Assembly (NCBI GenBank): GCA_046757165.1
Contig: JBHHXT010000134.1
Coordinates: 1-12,666, forward strand
Source of the DNA: a bacterium
GTDB lineage: Bacteria; Zhuqueibacterota; Zhuqueibacteria; Oceanimicrobiales; Oceanimicrobiaceae
Length of the DNA stretch: 12,666 bases
Reading direction: 5' to 3'
Position numbers and translations under genes: made by a program. The notes below the pieces were generated by a model. It ran no database searches. It worked only from the letters and a program-made list of their open reading frames with translations, and had not been told where the DNA came from. Below, one piece after another: positions 1 through 6,008 of this stretch (position 1 is its first letter; each line of letters starts with the position of its first letter).

Positions 1-86
1 GTGTCCTCGGCTTTGTACACCACGCCCATGCCGCCCTCGCCTAACTGTTCAAGAACTCTGTAATGAGAGACCTCTCGTCCCATCAT
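1..86 (-). CDS. Hanks-type Ser/Thr protein kinase, N-terminal 29 codons (runs off the window start)
   Basis: Reverse strand reads [29 protein letters not shown]: Gly-rich loop LGxGGMGxVY of kinase subdomain I. GAGGTG RBS lies at 95-100 on the minus strand. Not in the ORF track (truncated). Confidence 0.93.
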   Translation of the reverse strand, partial: MMGREVSHYRVLEQLGEGGMGVVYKAED

Positions 87-344
87 ATTTTTGTCACCTC
101 TTGCAACTTCACCAGCCGTGTCTGAACGTCGAACAACTCCGGTCCCCCTTCATCCGCATCTGCCGGATCTCCAAAAAGCGTGTATACTCCTGGATCGCCA
201 GCCCGGCCAGTTTTTTTCTTCGTACAATTTCGCCAGGTGATAGTGGTTTATCGACCGTCCCATGTCGCGCCGGCCCTGCGACCTGTCGAGGGTGATGAGC
301 TTGCGATAGGCTTCGATTGCAGCGTCGAGATTGCCATTCTGTTT
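83..344 (-). pseudogene. Frameshifted C-terminal TPR remnant, probably of a kinase-TPR paralog
   Basis: Minus strand reads KQNGNLDAAIEAYRKLITLDRSQGRRDMGRSINHYHLAKLYEEKNWP, then after a 1-nt shift LAIQEYTRFLEIR, then after a second shift [25 protein letters not shown]. This is the typical TPR tail pattern (YxLAKLYE..G....AI..Y..FL..W.DAD...PEL.D...RL..L). The stop TGA (83-85) overlaps the kinase ATG. No credible start codon. Confidence 0.72.
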
Positions 345-442
345 ACCACTTTTCAGGAAAAAAATGTACAGTATTCTTGCATTAGAGTAAAGAAAAATCT
401 ATTCATTGCCTCAAGGCACTCGAGCTTATTTGCATAAAGGAC

Positions 443-471
443 TTGCATAAGTTGCCTAAAAATGGTATCAT
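443..471 (+). promoter_or_regulatory. Putative sigma70 promoter of ggt
   Basis: TTGCAT (443-448), 17 bp spacer, TATCAT (466-471), with extended -10 TG at 463-464; about 50 nt upstream of the start codon. Confidence 0.5.
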
Positions 472-519
472 TCTGAAATTTTTCCCCACCTTGTACTCAA
501 TCACATCCGGAGGTTGCCA

Positions 520-2253
520 GTGGCACGGAGTCTCAGATCTCTTGCAGTTTCTTTTTTCTTTGCATTTGGTTGGTTTCACGCGGCCACGCTCCACGCACAA
601 AAACAGCCCGTCTATGCCCAGCATGGCATGGTTGTTTCCACCAACCGCATCGCCTCGCAGATCGGCACGGAGATTCTCGAGAAAGGAGGCAATGCCATCG
701 ATGCCGCTGTGGCGACAGGATTCGCCCTGGCCGTGGTGGATATCAAAGCCGGAAACATTGGCGGCGGCGGCTTTATGGTCATCCGGCTGCATGACGGTCG
801 AGTCACGACCATCGACTACCGTGAAATGGCGCCCCGGGCCGCTCACGAGAAAATGTATCTCGATGAATCCGGCCACCCGGTCAAGAATCTCAACCATGAG
901 GGATATCTCTCGGTCGGCGTTCCGGGCACGGTTGCCGGACTTGCGATGGCGCTGGAGCAGTTTGGCGCCCTGTCTCTGGCGCAGGTGATTCAGCCCGCCA
1001 TAGAGCTTGCAGAAAAGGGCTTTCCAGTTTCCTACCAGTTGAGCCGTCACTTCGCAGCGAGTGCGACAAGACTCGAGCAATACCCTTCCACGACGAAGGC
1101 CTTCTACAAAGAGGGAGGGGAGCTTTACCAGCCCGGTGAACTCCTGGTTCAACAGGACCTGGCTGAGACATTGAAAAGAATTGCCGCCAACGGCAGAGAC
1201 GGGTTTTATACCGGCGCCACAGCCGATTTCATCGCGACTCAGATGCAAGCCAATGGCGGACTCATCACCAAAGAAGACCTGGCCAGCTATCACGCCGTCC
1301 TCCGTGACCCAATCGTTTCCAGCTACCGCGACTATACGGTCTACGGCATGCCGCCCCCGAGCTCCGGAGGGGTCACTCTGGCGATCATGCTCAATATTCT
1401 GGAGGGATTCGATCTGGAAAAAATGGGCCACAACTCAGCACGATATATGCATGTCGTGGTAGAGGCGATGCGCCGGGCTTATGCCGACCGTGCAACTTAT
1501 CTCGGCGACCCGGACTTCAACCCGGACATGCCGGTTTCCTGGCTGCTGTCGAAAGAGCATGGTGAGGCGCTGCGCAGAACAATCAACCTGGAACAGGCCT
1601 CAACAAGCACACCGGATTCCATGAGCTTTGATTCTTCCACCCGGGAAACCACCCATTTTTGTGTTGTGGATGTGGAAGGAAACGCAGTGTCCAATACTTA
1701 CACGTTGGAGTACTGGTTTGGCTCAGGGATTGTGGTCGAGGGCGCGGGCTTTCTGCTGAACAATGAAATGGGTGACTTCAACGCCTGGCCCGGACACACA
1801 GATACGCTGGGCCGTATCGGGACAAAGCCGAATTTGATCCAGCCCGGTAAACGCATGCTTTCCTCCATGACGCCCACCCTGATCACGAAGAAGGACAGCC
1901 TGGTCATGGTCATCGGGAGTCCGGGAGGACGAAGAATCATCGGGATCGTGCTCCAGTGCATCCTGAACGTGGTGGACCATCAGATGAATATTTTCGAGGC
2001 AATCGATGCCCCCCGGTTTTTCCATACCTGGCTCCCAGACGTGGTCGACATCGAAAAGTGGGGCACCACGACGGACACCCTCGAGCGCTTGCAAGAGATG
2101 GGACACCGGTTGGTGATCGGCCGGTTCAACACCAGCCTTGGCGTGCTCAGAACAAAAGGCCGCGCCATGGGCATCACCATCGACCCGGCGACTGGATACA
2201 GAATTGGCGCAGCCGACCCGAGAAGTGCGGACGGTGCGGCCGTGGGATACTGA
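520..2253 (+). CDS. ggt: Gamma-glutamyltranspeptidase / glutathione hydrolase, secreted (Sec signal peptide)
   Basis: Motifs GGNAIDAAVA, GNIGGGGF, IDYRE, PPPSSGG, autocleavage site ET|TH, NNEMGDF, RMLSSMTP, GSPGG and terminal GAADPR. Start moved from 514 to GTG 520 because GGAGGT sits at 509-514. Signal peptide ends ...TLHA. Confidence 0.96.
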   Translation: MARSLRSLAVSFFFAFGWFHAATLHAQKQPVYAQHGMVVSTNRIASQIGTEILEKGGNAIDAAVATGFALAVVDIKAGNIGGGGFMVIRLHDGRVTTIDYREMAPRAAHEKMYLDESGHPVKNLNHEGYLSVGVPGTVAGLAMALEQFGALSLAQVIQPAIELAEKGFPVSYQLSRHFAASATRLEQYPSTTKAFYKEGGELYQPGELLVQQDLAETLKRIAANGRDGFYTGATADFIATQMQANGGLITKEDLASYHAVLRDPIVSSYRDYTVYGMPPPSSGGVTLAIMLNILEGFDLEKMGHNSARYMHVVVEAMRRAYADRATYLGDPDFNPDMPVSWLLSKEHGEALRRTINLEQASTSTPDSMSFDSSTRETTHFCVVDVEGNAVSNTYTLEYWFGSGIVVEGAGFLLNNEMGDFNAWPGHTDTLGRIGTKPNLIQPGKRMLSSMTPTLITKKDSLVMVIGSPGGRRIIGIVLQCILNVVDHQMNIFEAIDAPRFFHTWLPDVVDIEKWGTTTDTLERLQEMGHRLVIGRFNTSLGVLRTKGRAMGITIDPATGYRIGAADPRSADGAAVGY

Positions 2254-2392
2254 CGGAGAAAGAGAAATGGGGGGGAGCAAACTGTTTCTTTGACAAACAG
2301 AAAGAGGGTCTGGCCGGCGCCAGCGGTTCAGTCCAAGAGCACGTCCGACTTCCCGCCTCAAATATCGATGAGAAAAAAAACGAAAATTTCTC

Positions 2393-2421
2393 TTGACAAA
2401 TAGCATGTCGTTAACTATATT
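2393..2421 (+). promoter_or_regulatory. Sigma70 promoter of the DtxR/MntR regulator (possibly of the whole cluster)
   Basis: Consensus TTGACA (2393-2398), 17 bp spacer, TATATT (2416-2421); A-tract (UP-like) at about 2371-2386. Confidence 0.8.
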
Positions 2422-2428
2422 GCCTGCG

Positions 2429-2447
2429 ATTTGTCAGGCTAATAAAA
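2429..2447. promoter_or_regulatory. Candidate DtxR-family operator (autorepression)
   Basis: ATTTGTCAGGCTAATAAAA is an imperfect palindrome (TTTGTCAG-G-CTAATAAA). Its core GTCAGGCTAAT matches 9/11 of the DtxR/IdeR core GTTAGSCTAAC, and it lies directly after the predicted +1. Confidence 0.55.
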
Positions 2448-2512
2448 CAAGTTGCATGTTTCTATACCAATAAGCATGCTTGGCTACCTCCTTATGAACT
2501 GCGAGTAGAACA

Positions 2513-3037
2513 ATGGAAACCTGGAAAGCTTTTGAACACAACGTCATCACGCACAGCGCCGCACACCACATCATGACGATCGCACATTTGATCGACAAAA
2601 AGGGCTATGCCCGAGTCACCGATGTGGCCAAACATCTTGGAATTACGCGCAGCAGCGCTTCCATTACGCTCAAGACTTTGAAAGAACGAGGGTATATCGA
2701 GGAGGACGAGAACAAGTTTCTTCGACTTTCTCAGGAAGGGAAACGCCTCAGTTCATCTATTCTATCCAACAGAATCATTCTGATCAGATTCCTGCAGGAC
2801 GTGCTTCAGGTTGAGCCGTCGCAAGCAGAGATCGATGCCTGTAAGATGGAGCATTTGCTGAGCAAGGAATCCTGTGAAAAACTCTTTCGGTTTTTGAGGT
2901 TTTTATCTTCCGAGGACACCCGGGTGAAAACCTTATTGAGTGCCTTTTGGCAGTATGAATGCACCTGTGCAGGTCAGGCCGATGATTGTGGAATCTGCGA
3001 AACAGAGTGTTTAATGCCGGAGGATGGAGACCTTTAG
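2513..3037 (+). CDS. DtxR/MntR-family metal-dependent transcriptional regulator with Cys-rich C-terminal tail
   Basis: wHTH (ARVTDVAKHLGITRSSASITLKTLKERGYI), dimerisation/metal motif AEIDACKMEH (CxxEH), tail CxC-x6-CxxC-x3-C; 174 aa, no SH3/FeoA domain. Confidence 0.92.
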   Translation: METWKAFEHNVITHSAAHHIMTIAHLIDKKGYARVTDVAKHLGITRSSASITLKTLKERGYIEEDENKFLRLSQEGKRLSSSILSNRIILIRFLQDVLQVEPSQAEIDACKMEHLLSKESCEKLFRFLRFLSSEDTRVKTLLSAFWQYECTCAGQADDCGICETECLMPEDGDL

Positions 3038-3072
3038 GCGCTGACAAGTCAAGTTCTGTCATTTTTTGGCAA

Positions 3073-3126
3073 GCCCCGACTGTCCAAATTGTATTCCCAA
3101 AATGACTGTCGGGGCAAGACTTTTTT
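3073..3126 (+). terminator. Inverted repeat after the regulator; possible weak terminator or repeat-element end
   Basis: GCCCCGAC-T-GTC (3073-3084) pairs with GAC-T-GTCGGGGC (3104-3115); 19-nt loop; T6 starts 5 nt after the stem. Non-canonical geometry. Confidence 0.35.
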
Positions 3127-3140
3127 GTGGTTCAGTTCTT

Positions 3141-3190
3141 TTTCGAATTTAGAGCTTACGATTTCGAATTTCCGGCTTGTCCGGCTTAGG
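3141..3190. repeat. Heptamer-periodic repeat remnant ending in CCGGCTTGTCCGGCTTAGG
   Basis: TTTCGAATTT occurs twice, 21 nt apart (3141, 3162), with 7-nt periodicity between; CCGGCTT occurs twice (3172, 3181). Confidence 0.45.
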
Positions 3191-3193
3191 ACA

Positions 3194-3317
3194 TAAAAAA
3201 CACGCTGCTTCCCTCTGCCAAGGGTAAGGCAGCGTGTTATTCAGAAAAGAGGCAACATACAGGGCTAGTGTATTCACCACTTCTTCTTTTGAGGAGAGGA
3301 GTAGTGCGCCTTTTTCT
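3194..3317 (-). ncRNA. Putative antisense sRNA 1 (~120 nt)
   Basis: Bounded by a minus-strand promoter (3323-3351) and a minus-strand terminator (3195-3238). Closing stem AGAAAAAGGC/GCCTCTTTTCT encloses two hairpins. Same layout as 8084-8243. Confidence 0.6.
3195..3238 (-). terminator. Intrinsic terminator on the minus strand
   Basis: Minus strand AACACGCTGC...GCAGCGTGTT 10-bp perfect stem, inner CCCTT/GAGGG stem with a G-U pair, followed by a U6 run (A6 at 3195-3200 on +). Confidence 0.7.
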
Positions 3318-3322
3318 TTGTC

Positions 3323-3351
3323 AAAATAGTTATCGAACAGCAAAAAGTCAA
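3323..3351 (-). promoter_or_regulatory. Antisense sigma70 promoter 1
   Basis: Minus strand TTGACT (3351-3346), 17 bp spacer, TATTTT (3328-3323). Confidence 0.62.
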
Positions 3352-3429
3352 GCTTTAATCCCTTTCAATTCAAGTATCGGAACGATGACGAATAGAACCA
3401 TTTCAACCAACAAATTAACGGAGGCTATC

Positions 3430-5943
3430 ATGCGAAGTAATCGAGGCCTGATTCGCTCAGTTTTTCTCCTGTTCCTGACTTTTTCGATTTGCTCTTTATC
3501 GCACGCGCAAACGCGCCAGAACAATGGCACCGGCTCTGATTCAAACCACGGAAACATCCGAGGCGTGGTACACGCTCTGGGCACCGGCCAACCTCTGGCC
3601 GCTGTGAACGTTGTGCTCAAAGGGACAAATTACGGTGCAGCGACGGCGAGTGATGGCAGTTTTGTCATCAGCAACGTGCCGTCAGGCCGTTATGTCATGG
3701 TGGTGAGCAGGGTGGGCTACCAGCGCGAGAAGCGCGAATTTCGCCTGACCAAAGATGAGGTGCTGAGCTTCGAGTTCAACCTGTCTGTCAAAGCGGTCGA
3801 ATTCGATGCCATCGTGGTGGAACGAACCTCGCTGGTCGGAAACAAGGACCGCATATTCAGCATCCCCGGTTCGGCACATTACTTGGATGCGAAGGATCTG
3901 GCCAAATTCGACTACAACGACATCCATCGCGCCTTGCGGGAGGTGCCAGGCATCAATATCCAGGATGAAGACGGGTATGGGTTGCGCCCGAACATTGGAT
4001 TCCGCGGCACGGGTGTGGAACGGAGCTCGAAAATTACGGTGATGGAAGATGGGATCTTGCAAGCGCCCGCCCCGTACTCAGCGCCAGCAGCCTACTATTT
4101 CCCAACCGTTGGGCGCATGAGCGGCATCGAAGTCCGAAAAGGCTCCAGCCAGATCAAGTATGGTCCCTACACCACCGGAGGCGCATTGAATCTTATTTCC
4201 ACACCGATACCAGGCGATTTTGACGGCTATTTGGAGATTCTCGCCGGTGAGGATGACACGCGACGAATTCACGCCACGGCCGGGAATTCCTTCAAGAATT
4301 TTGGATTTGTGGCAGAAACCTTTCAAGCAAAGACCGACGGCTTCAAAAGGCTTGACGGCGGTGGCAATACCGGATTCGATAAAGACGACTACATGCTCAA
4401 GTTCCGGTTCAACACGGACGAAGAGGCGAAAGTTTACCAGCAGCTCAGTTTCAAATTTGCGCAAACAGATGAGATTTCCAATGAAACCTACCTGGGCCTG
4501 ACCGAAGCCGATTTCCGCAAAAATCCGGTTCGCCGCTATGCCGCCTCTCAGAATGATGTCATGAAGACCGAGCATACTCAGATTCTGGTCCGCCATTTTA
4601 TCAAGCCGGCAAACGCCCTTGATCTGACGACGTCGTTTTACCGAACGGACTTCCAACGCAACTGGTACAAATTGGACCGAATTCGCGCCACAGAAGATGG
4701 CTCGAGAACGAAAATCGCTGCGGTCCTGGCAGATCCATCAACCTTTGCGGCGGAATATGCCATTGCGACCGGGCAAACCAGCCCAAATGACAATGCCCTG
4801 GAAGTGAAAGCCAACAACCGGGATTACTTTGCCTGGGGCCTGCAAACTCAGGTCGGACTCCGATTCAAGGCCTTGAATGCCTCCCATGAAGCGGAAGTCG
4901 GCCTCAGATATCACAAAGATCAAATCGACCGCTTTCAGTGGGTTGATTTGTTTCGGATGGAAGAGGGGACCATGGAACTCAGCCGGCCGGGCATCCCGGG
5001 CACGGAGAGCAACCGCATCGGCGAAGCAAAAGTCTGGGCCGGATTTGCCCAGGTCACGCTACACTTCGGCAAGCTGACGGCGGTCCCCGGAATCCGGTAT
5101 GAAAACATGGACCTGACCCGCGATGACTTTGGCAAAGAGGATCCGGACAGAACGGGAATCAACCTGAAGAGCCGCAGCAACCAGGTGGAGGTCGTGATCC
5201 CCGGTGTGGGGTTGGACTACAAGTTTACGCCCACCTTCAGTTCGTTTCTGGGCGTCCACAAAGGGTTTGCTCCACCAGGCTCGAAGGAAGGGACCGACCC
5301 CGAGGAAAGTATCAACTATGAATTAGGCGTCAGAATAAACCGGCCGGACTTCAGTGCACAAGGTGTGGTATTCTTCAATGATTACAGCAACTTGTTAGGC
5401 TCCGACCTGCTGGCGAGCGGGGGCGAGGGCACGGGCGACCAATTCAACGGCGGCGAAGTCAATGTCGTTGGCCTGGAGCTCTCTCTGAACACTGACTTCG
5501 CCAGCAGAATGACACGCCCGGGCCTCGTCATTCCATTTCGCCTGGCCTATACCCTGACGGAGACGGAATTCCAAAATACCTTTGAAAGCAGTTTTGGCCC
5601 CTGGGGGAATGTCGAAAACGGCGATGAATTGCCATATGTGCCCAAACATCAATTATTTGCCAGTATCGGCATGGAAAGTCAGCGAGTTGGCGTGACTGTT
5701 GGCGCAAAATACACCAGCAAAACACGAACCCAACCGGGTCAGGGTGAGTTTGTTGACGAATCGAGTACAGATTCTCGCCTGGTATTCGATCTTTCTGCCA
5801 ATTTCGCTCTCACCAACGCGAACAAGATCTTTGCGACTGTCCGCAACCTCTTTGACGAGAAATATGTCGCAGCGCGACGACCGGCAGGAGCCCGGCCGGG
5901 CCTGCCAAGGACGTTTGTGGCCGGGATCAAAACGAATTTTTAG
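3430..5943 (+). CDS. TonB-dependent outer-membrane receptor, FecA-like, with N-terminal carboxypeptidase-regulatory-like domain
   Basis: GGAGG RBS at 3420-3424, so true start is ATG 3430 (837 aa). Signal peptide ends ...SHA. N-terminal GNIRGVV...GRYVMVVSRVGY domain; TonB-box-like DAIVV; plug EDGYGLRPNIGFRG...SSKITVMEDG...APAPYSAPAAYYFP...IEVRKG; C-terminal NLFDEKY...PRTFVAGIKTNF. Confidence 0.93.
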   Translation: MRSNRGLIRSVFLLFLTFSICSLSHAQTRQNNGTGSDSNHGNIRGVVHALGTGQPLAAVNVVLKGTNYGAATASDGSFVISNVPSGRYVMVVSRVGYQREKREFRLTKDEVLSFEFNLSVKAVEFDAIVVERTSLVGNKDRIFSIPGSAHYLDAKDLAKFDYNDIHRALREVPGINIQDEDGYGLRPNIGFRGTGVERSSKITVMEDGILQAPAPYSAPAAYYFPTVGRMSGIEVRKGSSQIKYGPYTTGGALNLISTPIPGDFDGYLEILAGEDDTRRIHATAGNSFKNFGFVAETFQAKTDGFKRLDGGGNTGFDKDDYMLKFRFNTDEEAKVYQQLSFKFAQTDEISNETYLGLTEADFRKNPVRRYAASQNDVMKTEHTQILVRHFIKPANALDLTTSFYRTDFQRNWYKLDRIRATEDGSRTKIAAVLADPSTFAAEYAIATGQTSPNDNALEVKANNRDYFAWGLQTQVGLRFKALNASHEAEVGLRYHKDQIDRFQWVDLFRMEEGTMELSRPGIPGTESNRIGEAKVWAGFAQVTLHFGKLTAVPGIRYENMDLTRDDFGKEDPDRTGINLKSRSNQVEVVIPGVGLDYKFTPTFSSFLGVHKGFAPPGSKEGTDPEESINYELGVRINRPDFSAQGVVFFNDYSNLLGSDLLASGGEGTGDQFNGGEVNVVGLELSLNTDFASRMTRPGLVIPFRLAYTLTETEFQNTFESSFGPWGNVENGDELPYVPKHQLFASIGMESQRVGVTVGAKYTSKTRTQPGQGEFVDESSTDSRLVFDLSANFALTNANKIFATVRNLFDEKYVAARRPAGARPGLPRTFVAGIKTNF

Positions 5944-6008
5944 GGAGCTAGCGAAGCTCCAGGTGTCGGTTCAACTGAATGCGGTAGGATGAAAGAGAGA
6001 CGTCGTGC

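Noticed and set aside
2282..2318. Second TTGACA (2290-2295) and a small CTGTTT/AAACAG hairpin after ggt
   Set aside because: No -10 at proper spacing; stem too weak and no U-tract for a terminator.
403..2406. Long minus-strand ORFs (342 aa, 227 aa) and other overlapping short ORFs
   Set aside because: Antisense or alternate-frame shadows of well-supported GC-rich genes, with no recognisable motifs.
3199..3238. SRP (4.5S) RNA, because the minus strand has GGAAGCAGC
   Set aside because: Lacks the 5' CAGG side and GGAA tetraloop of domain IV; the sequence is simply a terminator stem.
3195..3320. yybP-ykoY (Mn) or NiCo riboswitch next to an MntR-like gene
   Set aside because: GAGGAGTAG resembles the yybP 5' word, but the downstream CGTCA and GCGAGACC elements are missing; no NiCo TGAGCAGG repeats.
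3268..3429. Longer N-terminus of receptor 1 from the ORF track
   Set aside because: RBS and signal peptide fit ATG 3430; the extension overlaps structured non-coding sequence. The same applies to track starts 514, 8324 and 10617.
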